In this document: one piece after another, positions 21,906 through 31,364 of the stretch | Numbering within the stretch: position 1 is the stretch's first letter | How the letters are laid out: every line of letters starts with the position of its first letter | Assembly: GCA_963745075.1 (NCBI GenBank) | Contig: CAVUWV010000018.1 | Location: forward strand, 160,001-224,000 | DNA from: Candidatus Hydrogenedentota bacterium | Lineage (GTDB): Bacteria > Hydrogenedentota > Hydrogenedentia > Hydrogenedentales > SLHB01 | Direction of reading: 5' to 3' | DNA: 64,000 bases | Program-made: the position numbers and the translations under genes | The notes under the pieces: model-generated | Databases searched by the model: none | The model's input: the letters and a program-made list of their open reading frames with translations, nothing else | What the model was told of the DNA's origin: nothing

Positions 21906-22139
21906 GATGTTTCGAAGGGCTCCTCTTTGCGTCGTGATCGACACCATTCCGTAACGTGGCAGTCTGCAACCAGTCAGGCCCGAACGGCACAACACGAACG
22001 ACCGGACTGAAGGAACGGCCGCATCTTATCACAGGGGTAAGGAAGGATTCACGAAAACGATACTTGAGTGGAAAGCGAGCGAACCGCCAAGGGATAGTGG
22101 CCCGCGGCAGTCGGATCTTCCCACTGCGAGCGTGCCACC

Positions 22140-23207
22140 TCAGGGCGAAGTGATTGGCGCGTTGCCCCCCGCGGTATAGGTAAGCAACCGGTTCTCCCGC
22201 GAGGTGTCTTTCAATTGAACCTGATTCCCGCGGATATCGACCACCTCGAAGCGATCCTGAATTGTGTCGCCTCGGTGTACCTGTACGCTGGACCCCGTTC
22301 TTCCCTGGCCGTTGCGCGCGCTCAACTGGAAGGTTGCCGTGTTGCCCTGTACGTTCTTCAAGACCATCCGGTAGGCAAACGAATCCTGGTCGATTTCCTC
22401 CTTCAACGGGGCGAGCGACGGGTCGATTTTGAAGGCCTGGTTGACCAAGGTAGAGGCACGAGAAAGGTCGTGCTCGGTCCACTGTTGAGGATACTGGGCA
22501 TTGTGGATCATTTCGACGACCCGGGCGCGCGCTTTCTCAACGATGGAACGGTTTTCGGGATGATCCTCTTTGCGCAAGGCTACGAGGGCTTCCTTCAAGG
22601 TTGCCATCGGATCCGCATTGTTCGCGAGCATATCTTCCGCCGGGTTATGGAACTGCCGATCCAGCAAGGGCGCCGGCCGGTTGATGTAGGCGATGACCTG
22701 CCCGCCGCCGAGATAGAGGATGACGATCGCCGCGACGAGCCCGGCGAACACACCGACTTTCCGGATCCAGGAAGGCTGTTGTTGCACAGCCGGGCGCGCA
22801 TAGGAAGGAGGGCTCGATGGCATTGCGAGGGAAGCGAGCGCCTGGCTGCGCTCGTCCAATTCCGGCAACCCCGATTCGTGCTGGGGCGCGTTCGAGTCAA
22901 ACTGTGATTTCTTCTTGCCCCGGATGCCGAACACGGAGCGTTTCGCGGTCGTGTCCTCGGGCGGATTGCTTTTGAATTCCGTCTCGGAACGAAAGGCCTC
23001 CATGGCCTCCATGACACTGCTGGAAGGGGCGTAGTGCTTGATGGTTTCGCCGCCAAGGTCGTCAATGGTGAGGCTTCGTGTTTCATCGCGTGGCCGGCCG
23101 ACATTCTCGCCGCAGAACCGGCACTTTACCGCAAGCACGCTGATCTCCATGCGACAGCTTGGGCATAACCGCATTTTCTCATTATTTCGGGCAGTGCCGG
23201 AATCCAA
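22140..23207 (-). CDS. Zinc-ribbon-containing single-pass membrane protein
   Basis: CPSC...CRFC at the N-terminus, one TM helix, and AGGAGG RBS ahead of a TTG start. Confidence 0.75.
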   Translation of the reverse strand: MDSGTARNNEKMRLCPSCRMEISVLAVKCRFCGENVGRPRDETRSLTIDDLGGETIKHYAPSSSVMEAMEAFRSETEFKSNPPEDTTAKRSVFGIRGKKKSQFDSNAPQHESGLPELDERSQALASLAMPSSPPSYARPAVQQQPSWIRKVGVFAGLVAAIVILYLGGGQVIAYINRPAPLLDRQFHNPAEDMLANNADPMATLKEALVALRKEDHPENRSIVEKARARVVEMIHNAQYPQQWTEHDLSRASTLVNQAFKIDPSLAPLKEEIDQDSFAYRMVLKNVQGNTATFQLSARNGQGRTGSSVQVHRGDTIQDRFEVVDIRGNQVQLKDTSRENRLLTYTAGGNAPITSP

Positions 23208-23531
23208 TGTTGAGCCTCCTGCCTAGCCGAAATGAACCCGAACGTTCGGCTGTTACGGCTGCTTCGCCCGGCAAAATGGCGCGGCAGCCTTCTCTGCCAT
23301 GTTGCACCCGCGACGGGTGTTGCCAGCACTACCCCCAATCCGGCAGTGGGTCCAAAACCAAGTGCTTCGATGACAATGGCTTACATCAAAACCGCATCAA
23401 GCAGGCTCGCCTGTAACACGGATATAGTAACGGAGAACCTGAAAAATTACAAGTTCTTCCCCGCCAAAGTGCGAACACTCCGTAAACGTTTAATACCATC
23501 TAATGTACAAGAGTTGCATCGGAGAGCCCGG

Positions 23532-24293
23532 TCATCCTTTTCCCAGTATGCGAAGCGTGTCGGAAATCGCCCGATCCAGCGAATCGTTCGTTTCAGGCGA
23601 TACGGGAACCGTCTCGGTGCATCCGCATTCAGAGCACTTAAACGCCCGGCCCGAAACGCCATAGGCTTCACGGACCTTGTACAGCTTCTCCACTTCTTCG
23701 GATTCGAGACGCCGCACACGGCCTAGGAGATGGGCGGTCAGCATGGTTTCCGCGGCATGCTCGATCTTCTCCATCTTGTGGAGGGCGTCGAAGACATCAA
23801 CACCGATGGTCAAGGCGCCGTGCCGGTCCATCAGCAACGCATCGCACTGTCGAATGAGATCCCGAATGGCTTTCCCGCCTTCCGGAGTCGCGGGGGTCGC
23901 ATATTCCGCGGTCGGAACGCCGCCGATGGTGTATACCACTTCCGGTAACACACAATCGGACAAGGAAACTCCGGCCAGCGTAAACCCTATGGCCTTCGGG
24001 GGATGGGCATGGACGACCGCGCTCATCTCGGGGCGCTCTTCGTAGGCCGCGAGATGGGTGAAGAATTCGGAAGTCACCCGCCCGTCGCCGGAAATCTTGT
24101 TGCCCTTGCCGTCCGCGATTACCAAGTCGCGTGGATGCATATAGCCCTTCGAGACGCCGCTGGGCGTGCAGACATAGCGGTCGGGACCAATGCGAGCGCT
24201 GACATTGCCGTCGGTGGCGGCCACCAGGTTCTTCTCATAGAGCCGGCGGCCGGCGTCGCAGATGGCCTTGCGAATGTCCAGTTCCGTCTTCAA
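23532..24293 (-). CDS. Class II aldolase (FucA-like), BMC-associated
   Basis: DGNVSAR, TPSG, TSEFFTH, VVHAHPP, MDRHG, and an amphipathic C-terminal helix. Confidence 0.92.
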   Translation of the reverse strand: MKTELDIRKAICDAGRRLYEKNLVAATDGNVSARIGPDRYVCTPSGVSKGYMHPRDLVIADGKGNKISGDGRVTSEFFTHLAAYEERPEMSAVVHAHPPKAIGFTLAGVSLSDCVLPEVVYTIGGVPTAEYATPATPEGGKAIRDLIRQCDALLMDRHGALTIGVDVFDALHKMEKIEHAAETMLTAHLLGRVRRLESEEVEKLYKVREAYGVSGRAFKCSECGCTETVPVSPETNDSLDRAISDTLRILGKG

Positions 24294-24562
24294 TGCTCGA
24301 TCTCCACGTGGTCAACAATACCTACGATAGTACTCCGGACGGGCGCCTCGGGTTCGTTGAACATGAAGCGTGCCGAACTGCCTTCCTGCATCAAGAGTAC
24401 CAAATCCCCCACCCCGGCTTGAACCCGGTCCACCGCAACGAAGGGGGAGCCTTCCTCGGCGCCGTCCAGATCGACGTGTTTGACCATGAAGGTCTTCTGT
24501 CCCCGATAGAAGGAGTGCTTTTGCGTGGATATCACCTGTGCGACTACGCGGGCCAATTTCAC
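24290..24562 (-). CDS. BMC-P pentamer (EutN/CcmL family)
   Basis: MKLARVV, VAVDRVQAGVGD, GSSAR, IVGIVD. Confidence 0.92.
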   Translation of the reverse strand: MKLARVVAQVISTQKHSFYRGQKTFMVKHVDLDGAEEGSPFVAVDRVQAGVGDLVLLMQEGSSARFMFNEPEAPVRSTIVGIVDHVEIEH

Positions 24563-24981
24563 GTGGCTGACCTTTCTCGATTCAATCCCTGACGCTTTAC
24601 CCGCGTCAACCAGCCGCTAGTGGCCCCATAGAGAGCGCCCAAGACAAACCATTGAATCCCGCCGGCGAATAGAACGTAAAGTGCCCAAAGCAGCGGCGTG
24701 ACCTTCACGTAGTGATCCAACCGGAGTATCGCGTTGATAAGAAGAATAGGAAAATCGACCAATAGTAACATCTGGTCCTGCCATCGTACCGTGTGTGAGA
24801 AAATTTCACCATCCCACATGAGGATCGGGACAAACAACGTATGCACGACTGCAAAACCGACCCCACATCGTAGCGGTCTCCGGGGAACCCATTCCCTTAA
24901 TATGCGTGACCAGTACTCGGACGTGAGGTAAAGGGACGCGAAAACTACGAACAACGCGCAGATGGTTACCCCGTCGGCCAT
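24559..24981 (-). CDS. Hypothetical membrane protein inside the BMC locus
   Basis: Three to four hydrophobic helices. Stop codon overlaps the BMC-P start (GTGA). Confidence 0.6.
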   Translation of the reverse strand: MADGVTICALFVVFASLYLTSEYWSRILREWVPRRPLRCGVGFAVVHTLFVPILMWDGEIFSHTVRWQDQMLLLVDFPILLINAILRLDHYVKVTPLLWALYVLFAGGIQWFVLGALYGATSGWLTRVKRQGLNRERSAT

Positions 24982-25088
24982 TAGCTTGCTCGTTCCTCTT
25001 CAACCAACACGGACGTTTGGAATCACCAACCCTCAATTATTAGACGCTTTAGACCCCGGAAAGGTGACATTTGTTCGGAGCCGGCTGC

Positions 25089-25352
25089 TTATTGCGTCAC
25101 TTCATCTACAATGGCGACAATCGTCAAATCCGCCGGATTGAACTTGTCCGGCAGGGGAAACGTCGCTTCACGTCCCTGCGCCATGAAGACCCGCTCCCCT
25201 TGGTTAACGCCGATGGCATCGCAGGCGATGACGGGCTTTCCCACGGCTTCACTATGCTCGTCAATAGGCTGGACGATCAGGAACTTCACGCCCTGAAACG
25301 CGTCGAGCCGCTGACTCGCGACCAGCCGTCCAATGACCTTACCGGGTATCAT
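25089..25352 (-). CDS. BMC-P pentamer (EutN/CcmL family)
   Basis: GKVIG, IACDAIG, GREA, IVAIVD. Confidence 0.92.
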   Translation of the reverse strand: MIPGKVIGRLVASQRLDAFQGVKFLIVQPIDEHSEAVGKPVIACDAIGVNQGERVFMAQGREATFPLPDKFNPADLTIVAIVDEVTQ

Positions 25353-25358
25353 TCTGCC

Positions 25359-25917
25359 TTACCACGCATGCTTCTTTGTCAGATATTCGTAAATTTCCGG
25401 ATAGGGGTTAGGAATCACGACGCGCTCGACCAAGTCTGCGCCCGCGATGGCGGCTCCCGCGTCGACCGAAGCCTCCACGTCCGCCACGTCGCCCACGAAG
25501 GTCGTGTACCCTTTGCCGCCAATGTGATTGGCGAGGTGAAGCACAATGAGCGTGATGGGCGCGGCCTTGCATGCGGCGTCGGCAGCCTCGACAATCATGG
25601 CGGCGGACCGGGTCTCGAGGACGCCGACGGCGTCGAGCTTCGGAACCGGAGCTTCACCTCGGAGCGCGGGAAGCACCTGCTCGTGGAGGTTGGCCAGCAC
25701 GAACGACTCCACGACGGCGTCAGGGCCGGCCTTTTCGACGCCTGCGCGCACGGCCGCCTCGACGGCCGCGACTTCGCCGGTTAACGAGGGACATGTACTT
25801 GCCGGGCGTAATCGGCCGGGATTCGATGAGATCGACCGGCGCGGCCTTCACCATGGCATCGCTCGCGCGGATACCCGCCGCGATGGTGGTGTATTCGACC
25901 ATGCCTAGAACGGACAT
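25359..25917 (-). CDS. BMC-T trimer (PduT-like tandem BMC domain), frameshift near 25783
   Basis: [23 protein letters not shown] joins TGEVAAVEAAV...GVLET..ADAACKAA..IGGKG..GDVADV after removing one A. Confidence 0.85.
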
Positions 25918-25954
25918 AGGGATGCCTTTGCCACGGGACGTGGCGAGAAGCCCT

Positions 25955-25990
25955 TGGACTGAATGGACGATATGGACACTATGGACGAAG
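25955..25990. repeat. Imperfect 9-bp tandem repeat, 4 copies
   Basis: tggactgaa tggacgata tggacacta tggacgaag, intergenic. Confidence 0.7.
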
Positions 25991-26075
25991 AATACATCAG
26001 GCGCATGCCCCCGCCATTTGAGTGCGTTTCCACTTTAGCATCTTCATCTCCTCCAGCCTCCGGACTCCAGCCTTC

Positions 26076-27419
26076 TCAGACTATCCTAAACGAATCCACC
26101 AGCGTGCACCGGCGTTCGCGGGTGAAGCTGATGGGCGAGGTCATGCCTTCGCCGGTGGGGCTGGCGATGGTGAAGGATGTGTAGCCTTCCCCGCCCATGC
26201 CGAGACCCGCGAAGGTTGGTCCGTTCTTCACGAAGATGGAGCAGTTAATCAGGCGCGCCATCGTACTCAGTTTATCAATGTTGCGGGAGTGCATCGTCGC
26301 CGTGTGGCGGCGACCGCCCTCGTAGGCGACGGCGAGTTCGATGGCCTCGTCCACATTGGACACGCGCACAACAGGCATGACGGGCATGAGTTGCTCGGTC
26401 CAGGGCAACGGGTGGTCACGGTCGACTTCACAGATGGCCAGCCGCGTCTCCGGCGGCGCGTCAATGCCGATTTCGTGGAGGATGAGGTTGGCGTTCTTGC
26501 CGATCCAGCGTTTGTTGATGACACCACAGCGTCCGTCGCGCGACTCGAAGATGACGTCGCAAAGCCGTTCGATGTCTTTCCCCGCGACCTCGACGCAGCC
26601 ATGGGCGACCATGTGCCGCTTCAATTCGTCCGCGACAGCGGCGACGACCACAACTTCTTTTTCCGAGGTGCAGATGATGTTGTTGTCCAGCGATGCGCCG
26701 TCCACGATGTCCTTCGCCGCCTTGGGAACATCAGCGGTCTCGTCGACGACTGAAGGCGGATTTCCTGGACCAGCCGCGATGACCTTCTTGCCCGAGAGCA
26801 TGGCTTCGCGCACCACGCCGGGTCCTCCGGTCACACAGAGCAGCGCAACGCCGGGATGATGCATGAGCGCCTGCGCGGTGGCGATGGAGGGATCGGCGAT
26901 GGCCGTGACAAGCCCGTCGGGTCCACCCGCATCGACCACGGCAGCGTTGAGGACTTCCACGCACCGAATCGAGCACCGCTTGGCACCGGGATGGGCGTTG
27001 AACGCGACCGCGTTTCCGCCGCTGAGCATGGCAATGGAATTGTTGATGACGGTTTCCGTCGGGTTCGTCGTCGGGATGATCGAACCAATGACACCGTGGG
27101 GCGCCCGCTCCATCAGCATCAGACCGTGGTCGCCACTTTTCGCCCGGGGTTCCAAAATTTCCGGGCCGGGCGTCTTGATCGTGACGAGGAGGTTCTTCTT
27201 GACCTTGTCTTCGGGCCGGCCCAATCCGGTTTCCTGAACGGCCAGAAGCGACAGCTCTTTCACATGGGCCATGGCCGCCGCGCGCATGGACTCGACAATC
27301 CGGTAGCGCAGATCGAGCGAGCATCGTTCCATCTGCTCGAAAGCACGCCGTGCCCGCGCGACGGCGTCATCGACGCCGGGTTCGCGTGGATCCGTTACAG
27401 CACTTCCTGTTTCACTCAA
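26076..27419 (-). CDS. CoA-acylating aldehyde dehydrogenase (EutE/PduP family)
   Basis: PTTNP, TGGPGVV, AGPGNPP, catalytic DNNIICTSEK, EQLMP, TIASPTGEG. Confidence 0.95.
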   Translation of the reverse strand: MSETGSAVTDPREPGVDDAVARARRAFEQMERCSLDLRYRIVESMRAAAMAHVKELSLLAVQETGLGRPEDKVKKNLLVTIKTPGPEILEPRAKSGDHGLMLMERAPHGVIGSIIPTTNPTETVINNSIAMLSGGNAVAFNAHPGAKRCSIRCVEVLNAAVVDAGGPDGLVTAIADPSIATAQALMHHPGVALLCVTGGPGVVREAMLSGKKVIAAGPGNPPSVVDETADVPKAAKDIVDGASLDNNIICTSEKEVVVVAAVADELKRHMVAHGCVEVAGKDIERLCDVIFESRDGRCGVINKRWIGKNANLILHEIGIDAPPETRLAICEVDRDHPLPWTEQLMPVMPVVRVSNVDEAIELAVAYEGGRRHTATMHSRNIDKLSTMARLINCSIFVKNGPTFAGLGMGGEGYTSFTIASPTGEGMTSPISFTRERRCTLVDSFRIV

Positions 27420-27446
27420 GGTCCGAAGGCTTCCTCTGTTTATCCC

Positions 27447-28239
27447 TTACTCGAAGGCGGACGAAACGATGCCGACCACCGCGAGCGTCCCATTATACGT
27501 AAAATGAGCGATCACGCTCGGAAGAATCGAATCATACCGTTGGCGCAGGTAGGTGAACACGGCGCCCATGACGGTAACAACGGCAATCCCGACCCAATCA
27601 CCGTAAAGTTGCGGCGTATGAATCAGTCCAAACCAAAGCACGATGATGCCAAACGCCACCGGAACCCCGGTCAGACGCCGCAGGGACGGGTACACGAATC
27701 CCCCGGTAGTAAATCTCCTCGAACGGCGGTACCAGAATCATCATCACCAAGAACAGGGGCGACAGGGACGGCTCGCCCCCTTCCTCTTCCGGGTTTTGGA
27801 GCGCGAGGTCGATGATGTACCCCTTTCCATTGGCAAAGAAGTACATAAGAAATCCGGCCATCACGGCGGCGACCGCGCCGAAAGCAACACAACGCAATGC
27901 CGTCTTCCACGGGATGGCGCGAACGGCAAAGGCCGTGCGGATCGAATGGCGGTACTTGCGGCACGCGAAATACCAGACCACACAAAGGGTGGCGAACCAC
28001 GACAGCACCAGCGTTGGAAGCAGGTATTCCATACGGGGCGTCATCGCGTTCGGTTGAAAGCCCGACGCAGCGAGCATGATGAAGGCGGTCAGAATGCCGA
28101 GAACGATTTCGACAGCCCAGATGATGCCGATGGCCTTCAGAAAGTCTTTCCAGCCGACGTCCCGAGGAGGTGAAGGCTCGACGACCGGTTGATCGCCTTG
28201 GGCATCGTCCGCAGGTGTGCGTGGCGACTCAACCGTCAT
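27447..28239 (-). CDS. CPBP (CAAX/Abi) intramembrane metalloprotease, frameshift near 27702
   Basis: EEIYYRG joins FVYP..FGLIH..SVIAHFTYN after removing one base of a 5-C run. Confidence 0.85.
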
Positions 28240-28525
28240 GCTTGCGCCATTTGGTTTCGCCGTCGAGGTCCCACGAATCGACAATCGCCATGATGACGGC
28301 GTCGCAGGGACGGTCCCGCGTCGCTTCGGTCATGCGCGCAGAACTGCCGGTCGCGACGAGCACGACCTCGCCGACGCCTGCGCCGACGGCGTCGACGGCC
28401 ACCACGTATGCGCCCGTTTCCTTCGCTTCGAGGTCGAGAATGCGCACGACGAGGAGCTTGCGCCCGTCGAGGGACGCTTCCTTCGCGGTGGAAACGACGG
28501 TTCCGGCTACACGGCCAATCTGCAT
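28229..28525 (-). CDS. BMC-P pentamer (EutN/CcmL family)
   Basis: MQIGRVAGTVVST.K, VAVDAVGAGVGE, GSSAR, IMAIVD. Confidence 0.94.
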   Translation of the reverse strand: MQIGRVAGTVVSTAKEASLDGRKLLVVRILDLEAKETGAYVVAVDAVGAGVGEVVLVATGSSARMTEATRDRPCDAVIMAIVDSWDLDGETKWRKHDG

Positions 28526-28553
28526 ACTCGCTCCTTCTACCGGCGAAGAATGA

Positions 28554-28717
28554 GGAACATCCCCCTGATCCCCCTTCCAAGGGGGAATGGTTCGTAACGC
28601 TAAGCGTTGCGTTAGGGGCAACGTAGACTTCGGATAACGCGCCAGCGACTACTTGAATACCAATGGCATTCGCTGTGCGCCATTCCCCCTTTGAAGGGGG
28701 ATCAAGGGGGATGTTCC
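28554..28717. repeat. REP/REPIN- or MITE-like element, copy 1
   Basis: About 37-bp terminal inverted repeats: ggaacatccccctgatcccccttccaagggggaatgg / ccattccccctttgaagggggatcaagggggatgttcc. Confidence 0.85.
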
Positions 28718-28733
28718 GCCCGTTGTGAATAAA

Positions 28734-29039
28734 CTACCGCTTCGATTCTTTGGCGGCCTCATCTTTGCGGCCCAGGGGCAACGCCGTGTCCACGTTCGTG
28801 TGCGGACGCGGAATGATGTGGACGCTGACCACTTCGCCAACGGCGCGGGCGCCCCGTTCCCCGGCTTCGCACGCGGCTTTGACCGCTGCCACGTCGCCGC
28901 GCACGATGGCGGTCACATAGCCGCCGCCAATCTTCTCGTAGCCGACCAGTTCCACCTTGGCCGCCTTGACCATGGCGTCGGACGCCTCGACCATCGCGGC
29001 GAATCCCCGCGTTTCCACCATTCCCAGTGCATCAGCCAT
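28734..29039 (-). CDS. BMC-H hexamer shell protein
   Basis: [40 protein letters not shown]. Confidence 0.97.
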   Translation of the reverse strand: MADALGMVETRGFAAMVEASDAMVKAAKVELVGYEKIGGGYVTAIVRGDVAAVKAACEAGERGARAVGEVVSVHIIPRPHTNVDTALPLGRKDEAAKESKR

Positions 29040-29158
29040 CGCGTTTCTCCCGTTAACCCCTGCAAACTTGTAATGCCATGTTTGGGCAGACTCTTAAACC
29101 CTGCCCCGCTATCTTAATCGGAGACAGCAGAGACTACAGCGACACCAGAGACGTGAAC

Positions 29159-29785
29159 TCAACGTCGCTCCACATCGCGGCCGGAGAGACCTTCGAGCGA
29201 ATGGATCGCGGCTTCGCTGCCGACAACCACGTCCGCCTCTTCACCGCCGAGGTAAAGACGCCCGAAGTTGCCGAAAGGCCGAATGTCGACCAGGGTAACC
29301 CGGCTCGCCTTCTCCGCCTCGTTGGCTGCCAGTATAGCGTAAAGGGCGGGCTGCGTCTCCAGAATGAATAAGGTCTGCCCGGCGAGGAGCATGGACCCAC
29401 TCCGATTCTTGTTGATGAGTGAGGCGTGGTACGGGTCGACCTTGCGGATGACTGTGCTGGACGCGATGCGCGGTTTCTGGCGGTCGGACTCTTTCAGTCC
29501 AAGCGCATCGAGGACAGCCTGGCCGGCTTGGCGGACGTTGGCCTGAGATTCGGAGTGAACCTCGAGAGTCCCGAAACTCCGTTCGACGACCTGGATGGCG
29601 GGCCGCACGTCGGTCGCTTTCACGGCGATGTCGAGCAGCCGAACGATTTCCATTCCCGGCGCGACTTCGACAAAAAGATTGGCCATCCCCGCGACGGGCA
29701 TGTAGCCCTGCACGGTGGAGGCCATGAAGGAAGCCAATTGCTCCTGCAAACTGTCGAGAATGATGTAGCTGCGTAACTCCGCCAT
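29159..29785 (-). CDS. BMC-T, circularly permuted stacking type (CcmP/CsoS1D-like)
   Basis: ELRSYIILDSLQ.QLA, VEVAPG, VVERSFG.LE.H, ILETQPA.YA..AANEAEKA, FGRLYL.G. Confidence 0.9.
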   Translation of the reverse strand: MAELRSYIILDSLQEQLASFMASTVQGYMPVAGMANLFVEVAPGMEIVRLLDIAVKATDVRPAIQVVERSFGTLEVHSESQANVRQAGQAVLDALGLKESDRQKPRIASSTVIRKVDPYHASLINKNRSGSMLLAGQTLFILETQPALYAILAANEAEKASRVTLVDIRPFGNFGRLYLGGEEADVVVGSEAAIHSLEGLSGRDVERR

Positions 29786-29852
29786 GAACCTCCGTATGAA
29801 CTTCTCGCCTTACAGTCTTCGCGCATCTGCGAGTTGCAGGGCTTTCGAATTC

Positions 29853-30014
29853 ACATCCCCCTTGATCCCCCTTCAAAGGGGGAGATGTGACCAATTCCGT
29901 CGATAGATATATTCTGTTGCGCTTCGCCCAGAACGTCGGCACTTCGTTGGCCGCAATGCGCAACGCAAAGCGTTGCGAACATTTCCCCCTTTGAAGGGGG
30001 ATCAAGGGGGATGT
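29853..30014. repeat. REP/REPIN- or MITE-like element, copy 2
   Basis: acatcccccttgatcccccttcaaagggggagatgt ... acatttccccctttgaagggggatcaagggggatgt, the same terminal repeats as copy 1. Confidence 0.85.
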
Positions 30015-30052
30015 TCTTCAAATCTCGTTAGTACAACTCCGCTACCTAGCGA

Positions 30053-30985
30053 TCAATATACCGGCGTGCACCAGTGGGCATACTTCGCGACTTTGCCCTG
30101 AACGATCTGGAAATACAGTTCCTGCAACTTCTTCGAGATCGGACCCGGCTCGCCGTTGCCGATCTTCCGGCGATCCACGGATCGGACGGGAGCAACCTGC
30201 GCGCCGGTGCCGGTGAAGAAGACTTCATCGGATACATATAACTCGGTGCGTGAGATGGAGCGTTCGATAACCGGCAACCCCAACTCCTCCGCCGCGATCT
30301 GCAGGACGGTATTGCGCGTGATACCCACGAGGATATCGGCCGTGGGCGGTGTGGTGATGAGGGTGCCGTCCTGCACGATGAACAGGTTCATGGCGCTGCC
30401 TTCGGCGACGCTACCGTCCTCGCGGAGGAAAATGGCCTCGTCAAACCCGGCCTGTTTGGCTTCGCTCGACGCCAGGGAGGAATTGATGTAGCTGCCGACG
30501 GTCTTGGCGCGGCTGGGAATGGCGTTGTCGGACAAGCGCCGCCAGGACGACACGACGACGTCGAGTCCGGAATCAATGTCGACGTAGTCGCCCAGCTTCA
30601 TGATCCAGCAACAGAAACTGCTGTCCACGTCGTGGAGCTTGGGTCCCAGGGAGTGTTCGCACTTGTACCCGATGGGCCGGATATAGACCCCCTCGCGGAA
30701 TTCCGACCGCTTGACGAGTTCGACGCAGATCTTTTCGATCTCTTCCCGGGTCTCGTTGACGTTCATGCACAGAATGGAGAAGTTGCGCACGAACCGGTCC
30801 ACGTGTTCCTTGAGCCGAAAGATGAGGATGTTGTTGTTGTCCGGGCAATGATAGCCGCGAATCCCCTCGAACAGCGCCGTTCCATAATTAAAGGAATGGG
30901 TCAGAATGCTCACGTTGGCCTTCTCGATGGGGACGTACTCCCCCTCGAAATACGCAATCGGACCCGGTTCCATCTTTTTCGCCAT
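30053..30985 (-). CDS. ilvE: Branched-chain amino acid aminotransferase (class IV)
   Basis: YGTALFEGIRGY, AKTVGSYINS, EGSAMNLF, ILVGITR, EVFFTGT. Confidence 0.9.
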   Translation of the reverse strand: MAKKMEPGPIAYFEGEYVPIEKANVSILTHSFNYGTALFEGIRGYHCPDNNNILIFRLKEHVDRFVRNFSILCMNVNETREEIEKICVELVKRSEFREGVYIRPIGYKCEHSLGPKLHDVDSSFCCWIMKLGDYVDIDSGLDVVVSSWRRLSDNAIPSRAKTVGSYINSSLASSEAKQAGFDEAIFLREDGSVAEGSAMNLFIVQDGTLITTPPTADILVGITRNTVLQIAAEELGLPVIERSISRTELYVSDEVFFTGTGAQVAPVRSVDRRKIGNGEPGPISKKLQELYFQIVQGKVAKYAHWCTPVY

Positions 30986-31225
30986 GAATACGACTCCCCA
31001 ACTAAGGGCGCACGGCCCTTGGACTTTCGAAAACCCCGGCCTGGAGCAAGTAAGGACACCTATTCGACCCAACCCGGCTCCATGCACACGCGGACCGGGC
31101 ACTTGCGCTCAGTCGCTGCACGCGGGATCGTACCACTCTAGTCGCGGCGATGCACGGAGTCAATTCTGGGCAGGGTGGCGGTACGGGGATAGACGGTATG
31201 GACGGGAGCGATGACCGGCGGAGGC

Positions 31226-31261
31226 ACCGGTCCCACAACCGGTCCGACAACCGGTCCCACG
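31226..31261. repeat. 12-bp tandem repeat, 3 copies, upstream of the M4 peptidase
   Basis: accggtcccaca accggtccgaca accggtcccacg. Confidence 0.75.
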
Positions 31262-31334
31262 CATGGCACGATGCACGTCACCCACGGCGGCGACTTAAAT
31301 CATGCACTTCCGGCACATGTTTACCATTTTCCTG

Positions 31335-31364
31335 TTGACATACTCATTACTATCGTGCTAGAGT
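31335..31364 (+). promoter_or_regulatory. Putative sigma70 promoter for the M4 peptidase
   Basis: TTGACA, 18 nt spacer, TAGAGT with an extended -10 TG. Confidence 0.45.

Noticed and set aside
23232..23726. 164-aa + strand ORF between the zinc-ribbon gene and the aldolase
   Set aside because: Overlaps the aldolase antisense, has no recognisable motif, and the region looks like a promoter/intergenic stretch.
28554..30014. Repeats as a possible CRISPR array
   Set aside because: The repeats are inverted pairs separated by genes, not regularly spaced direct repeats, and there are no cas genes.
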